NCBI GenBank assembly: GCA_027593235.1
Contig: JAQCIU010000001.1
Coordinates: 103,132-167,131, forward strand
Source of the DNA: Chloroflexota bacterium
GTDB taxonomy: Bacteria; Chloroflexota; Dehalococcoidia; UBA2979
Reading direction: 5' to 3'
Length of the DNA stretch: 64,000 nt
Shown: in pieces, positions 8,708-16,862 of the stretch
Numbering within the stretch: the first letter of the stretch is position 1
How the letters are laid out: every line of letters starts with the position of its first letter
Notes under the pieces: generated by a model
Database searches by the model: none
Told to the model about the DNA's origin: nothing
Seen by the model: the letters and a program-made list of their open reading frames with translations, nothing else
Program-made: the position numbers and the translations under genes

Positions 8708-9751
8708 ATGAAACGACTACTGACCGGAGCGTTGCTGCTCCTGAGTGTGTTCGCCTTCGGGGCGTGCTCCGACGATGGCGACGCCACAGCAACTGCGGGG
8801 CCGGCCGACACCGCCACCGTTGGGACGGGCGACGAGCCCGCCGATCCGGTGTCCGTGACCGTCATGCTCGACTGGACGCCGAACACGAACCACATCGGCG
8901 TCTACGCAGCCCTCGGACAGGGCTACTACGCGGAAGCCGGCCTGGACGTGCGGATCATCGAGCCGGCCGCCGCCGGCGTGGAAGCGGTGGTCGCCGAGGG
9001 CCAGGCCGACTTCGGGTTCTCGTACTCGGAGGCGCTGCTGCCGGCACGCCTCGCGGGCGTGGGCATCACCTCGATCGCGACGGCGCTGCCGCACAACGAG
9101 TCGAGCCTGATGTCGCTCGCCAGCGCCGGCATCGAGCGCCCTCGGGACTTCGAGGGCAAGCGTTACGGCGGCTTCGGCGGCGTGCTGGAGCAGCGACTAA
9201 TCGAGACGTTGGTCGCCTGCGACGGCGGCGATCCGTCGAAGGTCGAGTTCGTCGAGGTCGGCAACATCGACTACATCCCCGGGATGCAGCAGGACCGCTT
9301 CGACTTCGTCTGGGTCTTCGAGGGCTGGGACGTGATCCGTGCGCGCGGCCTCGAGGGCGTCGAGGTGACGACGCTGCCGTTCATCGACTACACCGAGTGC
9401 ATCCCGGACTGGTACACCCCGATCATCGTCACCGACGACGACCTGATCGCGAACAACCCGGAGCTGGTGCGGGTCTTCCTCGCGGCGACGGCCCGCGGCT
9501 ACGACTTCGCCGCCAGCAACCCGGACGAGGCCGCGACGGACCTCCTCACCGCGGTGCCGGAACTCGACGAGCAACTCGTCCGCGACAGCGCCGCCTATCT
9601 CGCCAGCCACTTCACGGATGGCGCTGGCTGGGGCCAACAGCAGGATGCGATCTGGGTCGGTTTCGAGGCGTTCCTGCGCGAGGCGGGGTTGATCGAGGAG
9701 CCGGTCGATGTGTCCACGGTCTACACCAACGAGTTCCTACCCGCCTCGTGA
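8708..9751 (+). CDS. thiY: NMT1/THI5-like substrate-binding lipoprotein, ThiY-like (HMP/formylaminopyrimidine binding)
   Basis: ATG 8708 gives the lipoprotein signal MKRLLTGALLLLSVFAFGAC. LDWTPNTNHIGVY and the overall pattern are typical of THI5-like binding proteins. Confidence 0.75.
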   Translation: MKRLLTGALLLLSVFAFGACSDDGDATATAGPADTATVGTGDEPADPVSVTVMLDWTPNTNHIGVYAALGQGYYAEAGLDVRIIEPAAAGVEAVVAEGQADFGFSYSEALLPARLAGVGITSIATALPHNESSLMSLASAGIERPRDFEGKRYGGFGGVLEQRLIETLVACDGGDPSKVEFVEVGNIDYIPGMQQDRFDFVWVFEGWDVIRARGLEGVEVTTLPFIDYTECIPDWYTPIIVTDDDLIANNPELVRVFLAATARGYDFAASNPDEAATDLLTAVPELDEQLVRDSAAYLASHFTDGAGWGQQQDAIWVGFEAFLREAGLIEEPVDVSTVYTNEFLPAS

Positions 9752-9795
9752 TCGGGCGGGCGCCGAGTGACAGGTCGAAGGGCGCGCGGTGAGCA

Positions 9796-10554
9796 ATGAC
9801 TGAAGCGGCGGTCCAGCTCGAGGGCATTCGTCACGTCTTCGCCGGCGACCCGCCGGTGGAGGCGGTGGCGGACGTCTCGCTCGAGGTGGATCGTGGTTCC
9901 TTCGTCTCGCTGCTCGGCCCCAGCGGCTGCGGCAAGAGCACGTTGCTACGCGTCCTCGCCGGCCTCGTCGAGCCCACCGAGGGCCGCGCCACCATCGACG
10001 GCGAGAGCACCATCGGCGCCCCCGGACTCGCCGCCTTCATGCCGCAGCGCGACCTCTTGCTCCCCTGGCGCCGCGTCGAGGCGAACGCCGTGCTCGGCGC
10101 GGAGATCGCCGGCGTCCCGCCCGAGGAGGCACGCCGCCGCGCGCGCGAACTCTACGAACGCTTCGGCCTCGAGGGCTTCGAGCGCTCGTGGCCGGGCCAA
10201 CTCTCCGGCGGCATGCGCCAGCGGCTCGCGCTGCTCCGCACCTTCCTCATGCCGCGTGACACGCTGCTCCTCGACGAGCCGTTCGGCGCGCTCGACGCCA
10301 TGACTCGCCGCGAAATGCAGGTCTGGCTCGAAGGCGTGCTGGCACAGGATCCGCGCACAGTGCTGCTGGTCACGCACGACATCGATGAGGCGCTCTTGCT
10401 GTCGGACGTCGTCTACGTCATGTCGCCGCGCCCCGGCCGGATCTCCGCGCGCGTCGAGGTGGATCTGGCGCGCCCTCGACGGGGAGCCGACACGGCGACG
10501 CCGCGCTTCGCCGGGTTGAAGGCGGTGGTGCTGGAGGCGCTGGAGGCGGGGTAG
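9796..10554 (+). CDS. thiZ: ABC transporter ATP-binding protein, ThiZ-like
   Basis: The product has Walker A GPSGCGKST, signature LSGGMRQR and Walker B LLLDEPFGALD. Confidence 0.85.
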   Translation: MTEAAVQLEGIRHVFAGDPPVEAVADVSLEVDRGSFVSLLGPSGCGKSTLLRVLAGLVEPTEGRATIDGESTIGAPGLAAFMPQRDLLLPWRRVEANAVLGAEIAGVPPEEARRRARELYERFGLEGFERSWPGQLSGGMRQRLALLRTFLMPRDTLLLDEPFGALDAMTRREMQVWLEGVLAQDPRTVLLVTHDIDEALLLSDVVYVMSPRPGRISARVEVDLARPRRGADTATPRFAGLKAVVLEALEAG

Positions 10555-10622
10555 GTCGGTCCGGACAGACGTTCCGCCGGCGCACCGCCGTATGCTCGAT
10601 GCCTGACCGGAGGCGTCTACAG

Positions 10623-11981
10623 ATGGCTCGCTCGCTCCAACTCTGGACCGCACTGCTCACCCTCGCGGTGCTGACCGCGGCCGCCTGCACCTCGGGAGAT
10701 GGCGGCACCGCGACGCCCAGCGCGACCGCCAGCGCCGAGCCAACAACGGCGTTTGCCACCGCCTCGCCCACTCGAACGCCGACCCCGACGCCTACGGCCA
10801 CGGGGGAGCCGACACGGGTGCCAGATCCACCACGTACCGTGTGGTTGATCGATGGCGCCACCGGCGAAGTACTCACACTGCACCAGGACGCCTCATATGC
10901 GGACGCCCGCTTCAACGCCGCGGGCACCCGTGTAGAACTGCGAACCGCCGAGGAGTGGCTTGCGTTTGCCCTCGATGGCTCTCCCGCCCCGGCGCCGGAG
11001 CGGCGCGAGTGCCTGCCGGCTGGCGAGGACGCGGTGGTTGGTGGCGTGACCTTCGAAGAAACGCGATGTGGTTCCGTCTCTCCCGACGGCCGCTGGATGC
11101 TGTTCCCGGTTCCGCTCGAAAACACGAATGGCGACTGGGACCAGTGGGTACTCGACCTCGAGACCGGCGAACGGCGTCTCCTCGAACCGGGACTGCGGAG
11201 CTGTGGTGGCTGCGACGGTCGCTTCGGCCCGGGGTACTCGCCGGACGAGGGGCACGTCTACTTCGCGGAGACGGTCGGAAACGGCCGCACCTTCGTGTCC
11301 GACCTTCTGAGCGGCGAGACCGATCTGCTGGGCGACGGCGGCACCGAGATCAATCGGAGACCGCTGTGGGCTCCGAACGGGGAGCGTCTCCTCTACTCGG
11401 ACGACGGCGAGCGTCTCCTGATCCGCGATTTCGAGAGCGGCGACACCTCCGAGGTCCAAGCACTCGATTGGCCCGCGAGCTTCGACGCACTTGGCACCTC
11501 CATCTTTTCGTCCCCGTACTCGGCAGCGGATGCCGCGCCGACGACCACCGTCGTGGACGCGACGACATTCGAGGTCCTGGCCAGCGTCGATGGCGCTGCC
11601 GGCGTCAGCGCCTTCTGGTACCCGCGTGTGGTCGTCGCGCGCTCCGGCGACGGTATCGTTGTCGCCGTCGAACAGGCAGCCAGCTGCGTCGAGGGCATCA
11701 CCATCTACACGCCCGCGTCGCCGGATGGCGCCTGCTTCGAGTCCGCCGTCGGAGCGACCGTCTCACCCGACGGGCGGCTCGTCGCCTTCTCCGTGCAGTC
11801 CGGTGACACTGCCTCCCACAGCGCCCCATCCGACTTCCGAGTCGTGCTCGTCGATACCGAGAGCCTGGAGACGCTCGCGACCATCGAGGGGGCTCAGTCG
11901 TATGACGCGCCGCCGGTGCTCAAGTGGAACCCGGGTAGTACACACCTACTGGTGACCTGGCCCCACGCTCTCGGCTTGTAG
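10623..11981 (+). CDS. Hypothetical lipoprotein with TolB-like beta-propeller repeats
   Basis: ATG 10623 (GGAGG 9 nt upstream) gives MARSLQLWTALLTLAVLTAAAC, followed by a Thr/Pro linker. It has repeated SPDG/APNGERLLY motifs. Confidence 0.6.
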   Translation: MARSLQLWTALLTLAVLTAAACTSGDGGTATPSATASAEPTTAFATASPTRTPTPTPTATGEPTRVPDPPRTVWLIDGATGEVLTLHQDASYADARFNAAGTRVELRTAEEWLAFALDGSPAPAPERRECLPAGEDAVVGGVTFEETRCGSVSPDGRWMLFPVPLENTNGDWDQWVLDLETGERRLLEPGLRSCGGCDGRFGPGYSPDEGHVYFAETVGNGRTFVSDLLSGETDLLGDGGTEINRRPLWAPNGERLLYSDDGERLLIRDFESGDTSEVQALDWPASFDALGTSIFSSPYSAADAAPTTTVVDATTFEVLASVDGAAGVSAFWYPRVVVARSGDGIVVAVEQAASCVEGITIYTPASPDGACFESAVGATVSPDGRLVAFSVQSGDTASHSAPSDFRVVLVDTESLETLATIEGAQSYDAPPVLKWNPGSTHLLVTWPHALGL

Positions 11982-11989
11982 GAGCGACG

Positions 11990-12439
11990 ATCGACCGCGT
12001 CGACCCGGCGAGCGACGATGCGCGCTGGTGTGTTGAGCAGTACTTCGCCGAGCTCGCTGACCGTTTCGAGGCCGGCTTCGACCCCGGCGAGACCGCTCCC
12101 GCCGATGCCGCGGAACTCGTTCCGCCGCACGGCGTCTTCCTCGTCGCCCACCTCGATGGTCGTCCCGTCGCCTGCGGCGCCGTGAAGACCTGGACCGCGG
12201 GTGTGGCCGACATCAAGCGGATGTGGGTCGCTCCCGAGGCCCGCGGCAGCGGCCTCGGCCGACGGATGCTCGTCGCGCTCGAGGGCGAAGCGAGGGCGTT
12301 GGGCCTCGGAGCTGCGCGGCTCGAAACGAACGGCGCACTCGACGAGGCGCTGGCGATGTACCGCAGCCACGGCTACCGCCCGATCGAGCCCTACAGCGGC
12401 GATCCGTACGCCGACTTCGCATTCGAGCGGGAGCTGTAG
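11990..12439 (+). CDS. GNAT family N-acetyltransferase; start codon uncertain (no canonical start for the conserved N-terminus)
   Basis: Track ORF 12182..12439 covers only the C-terminal half (RMWVAPEARGSGLGRRML acetyl-CoA motif). The same frame is open back to 11939 and encodes a GNAT-like N-terminus (IDRVDPASDDARWCVEQYFAELADRF...HGVFLVAHLDGRPVACGA). ATC 11990 sits 5 nt after GGAG. Confidence 0.65.
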   Translation: MDRVDPASDDARWCVEQYFAELADRFEAGFDPGETAPADAAELVPPHGVFLVAHLDGRPVACGAVKTWTAGVADIKRMWVAPEARGSGLGRRMLVALEGEARALGLGAARLETNGALDEALAMYRSHGYRPIEPYSGDPYADFAFEREL

Positions 12440-12470
12440 CACTTTCTCGAGCGCGAAGGCTGCGTGACGG

Positions 12471-12608
12471 CTAGAACGGGTCTGGGATCTCGACGCTGCA
12501 AATCCCGTTGCCTTCCCAGGTACCGCCAAGCTCTGGGCACTCTGACGAAGTGATAGCCATCTGACCAATCAGGCGGCGGCGTTCGATTTCGGGGCGTTCG
12601 TACATCAT
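12471..12608 (-). CDS. Possible 45-aa small ORF (MMYERPEIERRRLIGQMAITSSECPELGGTWEGNGICSVEIPDPF)
   Basis: GGAGAG lies 6 nt upstream of ATGATG, in a locally lower-GC intergenic patch. It is not in the track (under 60 aa), and third-position GC is only moderate. Confidence 0.2.
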   Translation of the reverse strand: MMYERPEIERRRLIGQMAITSSECPELGGTWEGNGICSVEIPDPF

Positions 12609-12781
12609 CCGATGCTCTCCAAATGCTGTGATATTCCTGTTGAGTTACTTCGAGCGCAACTTATCAGAACGGCGGCGTGCGTTCTCCTGTTGCAAAGAAG
12701 ACTCGACGATCCGCCAGCAACCGGACTGAGGTCACTACGTCCCGCCCGGGGGCCAAGCTGCGATCGGTCGGTGGGGGTGCG

Positions 12782-13965
12782 ATGAACTGGTGGCCGGCCG
12801 CTTCCGGTGACGCGTGGACGTGGGGCTGGCAGGCCTTCCCCGGCGTCTGGCTGTTCATCGCCCTGATCGCCGGCGCCTACGTCGCCGCGCTTCGCGGTCC
12901 GGGACGGCGTCGCACCCGCCTCGGTGAGCCCGCGGCCAGCGGGCGCCAGCGGCTCTACTTCGTCCTCGGCCTCGTCGCGCTCTGGCTCGCGATCGATTGG
13001 CCGCTCGGCCTCCTCGGCACGGGCTACTCGCTCGCTGCCCGCATCGTTCATCACATGACGATCGGCTTCGTCGCCACGCCGCTGCTCCTGCTCGGGCTCC
13101 CCGAGTGGATGGCTTCGGCACTCGTCCGCGCTCGAAGGATGCGGGCGGTCATGCGGCAGTTGCTGCGACCGTGGGTCGCGTCGCTGCTCTTCGACGCCGC
13201 GTTCCTCGTCTCGAGCATCCCGCCCGTCGTGAACGGATGGCAGCCGTCTCAGGCCGAATCGTTCGCGATCACAGTGATGTAGGTCGCGTCCGGCCTGCTC
13301 GTCTGGTGGCCGCTGGTCGCGCCGGCCGGCTCGTTCGGGCGGCTCGGTTACCTGCTGATTGCGCCGTACCTGTTCACCCAGTCCCTGCTCCCCAAGGTCC
13401 CGGCCGCCTACTACATCTTTTCCGGTGCCTCGTACGACGACCTGTACCGCGACGCCCCGCGCGCCTGGTCCGACATCTCCGCGGGACTCGACCAGCAGAT
13501 CGCCGGCGCCGTCATCTGGCTGGTCGACGGCATCCTCGTCGTCACCGCGATCCACATGCTGACGCTCCGCTGGCAGCGCGACGAACGGATGCAGGGCGTG
13601 GTCCGCGACTTCGGGCTCCCCGTCAGCCCTCGCGCGCTGTCGCTGCTCTTCGAGGAGCCCGGCGCCTGGGAGGCGATGCAGCGCCTCGCCTCGATGGCGC
13701 GCGTGCAGCTCGGGGAGACCGCCGCCCACGCCGCGCTCGGCTCGACTTCCGGCTGCCGGAGGTGCTCACCGCCGACACCCGCGAGCAAGTCGTCCTCGAG
13801 GTACGCGTTGCCCTCAACCCCGTCGAGCAGCTCGAACTCTGGGAGCGCATCGAACGCGGATACTCGGCCTATCTCGAGGGACTGACCGCGGGGCGGCGAG
13901 TGGCGGTGCGCCGACGCGTGGGCTTCCGTGTCGTGGAGTACGCGCTCACAGCCGTCGAGGGCTAA
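12782..13965 (+). pseudogene. CtaG-like cytochrome c oxidase assembly membrane protein with extra C-terminal soluble domain; in-frame TAG at 13280-13282 and a frame change near 13725-13745
   Basis: It is a paralog of the intact gene at 48923..49759. An ungapped alignment puts the TAG opposite Trp (AITVM*VASGLLVWW vs AIDALWLVAALIFWL). Coding third-position GC continues in frame 2 to about 13735, then in frame 1 to TAA 13963-13965. Confidence 0.7.
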
Positions 13966-14530
13966 GGCGCCTCGTACGCCGCGACGAGGACGACGAAACT
14001 GAGCGAGGCACCTCGGTAGGTCGCGCCGATCTCCCAGCAGCCGGGCGTGAGCGAGCCGCCGCTAATCATGAACTCGTGCAGCTCGCCCCTCGGACGGATG
14101 CCATGGGTTACGGGGCCGGGGAGTTCGGTCAACCCCGGACCGTCGAGCTGCCGATGCACTCTGTGGAGTGCCGGCTCTGGCTCCTCGTGCCAGTCGAACG
14201 CGGTCGAGAACCAGAACTGCTTCAGCGTCAGCCGGCCATCGTCGTTGACGCTCCAGTTCGCGCCGTTCAGGTCGAGTAGTGTCCAGAGGTCGCCGTCGCC
14301 GTACCAGACGGCGTCGTACAACGGTGGTGGCACCGGTGCCAGTCCGAGGGCGGCGAGAACGCCGGCTGAGGCGGGGTCGTGACCGGGCAGGCCTCGCCGC
14401 TGGCGAGCCGCGTCGCCCCCTGGGAGCATCCGGCCCAGAGCATCGCGAGAAGCGCGAGCACTCCGAGGGCTGCGAGTCCGCGGAGCGCGGACCGCGCTGG
14501 TAGCGACGGGTGGTGTTTCATGAGAGACAT
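13962..14530 (-). pseudogene. Hypothetical lipoprotein split by a frameshift at a C5/G5 homopolymer (14416-14420)
   Basis: Track ORF 14267..14530 supplies a lipoprotein signal (LGVLALLAMLWAGCS). The mature part (PLYDAVWYGDGDLWTLLDLNGANW...) is in the frame of ORF 13962..15026. One extra G in the GGGGG run would join them. Confidence 0.55.
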
Positions 14531-14606
14531 ACACCGCCGCGCCTCCGTTGGTTCCGCCCGGACGCGCTAGATCGACGAGGACTGAACGCTCGGCGAGGGA
14601 GCTTTG

Positions 14607-16412
14607 ATGGCGCGTCCTGACCCCCACTCCTACTTCGACGACACCCAGCCGCGCACGCGCCACCTCGAGCTGACGCTCGACGTCGACTTCGAGGAACGCC
14701 GCCTCCGCGGCCGCGCCACCCTCGTCCTCGACCCGCCGGTCCCCGCGGTCGTCGACCCCGACGGCCCGTCGCCCGTGCTCGACCTCGACACCGACGGACT
14801 GACCATCGAGGCGCTGCAAGTCGACGGCGCCCTTGTCGGCGGAATCCTCAGCGACGAAGACGCGGTGCTCGGCCGTCGCCTCCGCATCGACCTCCCCGCC
14901 GGCGCCTCCCGCGTCACGATCGACTACCAGACAGCTACCGAGGCGATCGGCCTCCAGTGGCTCGAGCCGTCGCAGACCGCCGCCGGCGAGCATCCCTTCC
15001 TCTTCTCGCAGTGCCAGCCGATCCACGCCCGCTCCGTCGTCCCCGTGCAGGACTCACCCGCCGCCCGCGTCACGTTCGAGGCGGTGCTGACCGTCCCCGC
15101 TCCGCTCGTCGCGGTGATGGCCGCCGGACCGGCCACCGAGGAGCCAGACTCGCCCGAGGGCACCCGAACCTTCCGCTTCAAGATGCCCCAGGCGATCCCG
15201 CCGTACCTGATCGCGTTCGCGGTCGGCGACCTCGAGGCCCGCGATATTTCAGAGCGCACGCGGGTCTGGGCCGAGCCCTCGATGGTCGAGGCGGCGGCGT
15301 ACGAGTTCGCCGAGACCGAGCAGATGATGGCGACCGCCGAGGAGATGTTCGGCCCCTACGACTGGGACCGCTACGACCTGCTGGTGCTGCCGCCGTCCTT
15401 CCCGTACGGCGGGATGGAAAACCCTCGGCTGACCTTCCTCACGCCGACGGTGATCGCCGGCGACCGCTCGCTCGTCGACGTGATCGCGCACGAGCTGGCG
15501 CACTCCTGGACCGGCAACCTGATCACCAACGCCACCTTCGACCACTTCTGGCTCAACGAGGGCGCCACCACCTGGGCCGAACGTCGCATCGTCGAAGCGC
15601 TGCACGGCGAAGAGTCGGTCGCCCTCGACTGGGCGATCGGTGAACAGGGCCTGCAGGTCGCGTTCGACCGCTTCGGCCTCGACTCGCCGCTGACGAGGCT
15701 CCGCACCGACCTCGAGGGCGGCGACCCGGACGACGCGTACTCGATCATCCCCTACGAGAAGGGCGCCCGCTTCTTCGCACTCCTCGAGCGCACCGCCGGG
15801 CGCGAGCGCTTCGATGCGTTCATCCGTCGCTACATCGAGCGCTACCGCTTCACCTCGATCACCACCGAGGAGTTCGTCGCCTTCCTCGACAGCGAGCTGC
15901 CCGGCGTCGCCGCCGAGGTGGGTGCGAACGCCTGGCTCTACGCGCCCGGCATACCCTCGAACGCCCCGCAGTTCCGCTCCGAACGCCTCGAGTCGCTGAT
16001 CGCCCGCGGCGCCGGCTTCGCCACCGGCGAGCGCCCGACCGCCGAGGAGGTCGCGGCCTGGGCACCCTCGGAGCTGCTCGTCTACCTCCAGCACGTCCCG
16101 CGCCCGCTCCCTCCCGAGGACTGCGCGTGGCTGGACGAACACCTGTCGCTGATGAACCGCGGCAACTACGAGCTCCTCGTCGAGTGGCTCACCATCGCCG
16201 CCGCCTCGGACTACGAACCGGCCTTCGGCCGCCTCGCCGACGTCCTCACCGAGGTGGGCCGCATGAAGTACCTCCGCCCGCTCTACCTCGCGATGGGCGG
16301 ACACCCTCGGACGCGCGCGCTGGCGAGGGAGATCTTCGAGCGCGCGTCACCGGGGTACCACGAGCTCTCGCGCCGAGCGGCGGAGGATGTGATGGCGGGG
16401 TACCCGGAGTAA
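14607..16412 (+). CDS. M1 family metallopeptidase (leukotriene A4 hydrolase-like aminopeptidase)
   Basis: The product has GGMENP, HELAHSWTGN (HExxH) and WLNEG motifs plus a C-terminal ARM-like domain. ATG 14607 follows GAGGGAG. Confidence 0.9.
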   Translation: MARPDPHSYFDDTQPRTRHLELTLDVDFEERRLRGRATLVLDPPVPAVVDPDGPSPVLDLDTDGLTIEALQVDGALVGGILSDEDAVLGRRLRIDLPAGASRVTIDYQTATEAIGLQWLEPSQTAAGEHPFLFSQCQPIHARSVVPVQDSPAARVTFEAVLTVPAPLVAVMAAGPATEEPDSPEGTRTFRFKMPQAIPPYLIAFAVGDLEARDISERTRVWAEPSMVEAAAYEFAETEQMMATAEEMFGPYDWDRYDLLVLPPSFPYGGMENPRLTFLTPTVIAGDRSLVDVIAHELAHSWTGNLITNATFDHFWLNEGATTWAERRIVEALHGEESVALDWAIGEQGLQVAFDRFGLDSPLTRLRTDLEGGDPDDAYSIIPYEKGARFFALLERTAGRERFDAFIRRYIERYRFTSITTEEFVAFLDSELPGVAAEVGANAWLYAPGIPSNAPQFRSERLESLIARGAGFATGERPTAEEVAAWAPSELLVYLQHVPRPLPPEDCAWLDEHLSLMNRGNYELLVEWLTIAAASDYEPAFGRLADVLTEVGRMKYLRPLYLAMGGHPRTRALAREIFERASPGYHELSRRAAEDVMAGYPE

Positions 16413-16420
16413 GGGCCCGT

Positions 16421-16852
16421 GTGGGCGAGACGGTGAGCGCGACTGGAGCGTGGCGGTGGTTCGCGTCGTTCGCTGCGGCGGCGGCCGGCTTTGGCTCGCA
16501 AGCTCTCCTATTCGACGAGGCCGGCGCGATTGACTGGTTCCTTTCGACCAACTGGCTTGTGGGTGGCGCGATCAGCGCGGTCGGCATGGTGGTGCTGACT
16601 CAGGCGGTCTGGGAACTGCGCCTGGGCCGATGGTGGCCGATGCTTGTCGTTGCGCTCGTAGCGCCGATGCCGTTCGCAGTCTACGTCTGGCCGAATAACT
16701 GGGTGCTGGCGGCGAGCCATCTCGTCCCGCTGCTCGCCCTGTCTGCGTCGGGGCGAGCGATGGGAGTACCCGTCGGGCGTGCGCTGGTGTTTGCCCTCGG
16801 GGGGCTCGCGCTCGCGTGGATCTGGCTGTGGCCCGCCTCGTCGATCGAGTAG
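16421..16852 (+). CDS. Hypothetical membrane protein (4 TM)
   Basis: The hydrophobic ORF tail has high third-position GC. GTG 16421 or 16433 just after the peptidase stop is a likelier start than 16127. Confidence 0.5.
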   Translation: MGETVSATGAWRWFASFAAAAAGFGSQALLFDEAGAIDWFLSTNWLVGGAISAVGMVVLTQAVWELRLGRWWPMLVVALVAPMPFAVYVWPNNWVLAASHLVPLLALSASGRAMGVPVGRALVFALGGLALAWIWLWPASSIE

Positions 16853-16862
16853 CCGGCCGAAC

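Noticed and set aside
5215-13282. The idea that the two in-frame TAG codons reflect amber reassignment or pyrrolysine-type recoding.
   Set aside because: TAG is used as the ordinary stop of many intact genes here, for example those ending at 699, 2392, 11981, 12439, 30863 and 25857. No pyl-type genes are present. One TAG aligns with a Trp codon of a paralog, which fits a simple nonsense mutation.
13725-13745. Programmed ribosomal frameshifting as an explanation for the frame changes here, at 31274-31292 and at 14416-14420.
   Set aside because: I saw no slippery heptamer, no stimulatory stop codon with an upstream SD, and no downstream pseudoknot at the sites. Co-occurrence with nonsense codons in the same window favours mutation or assembly error.
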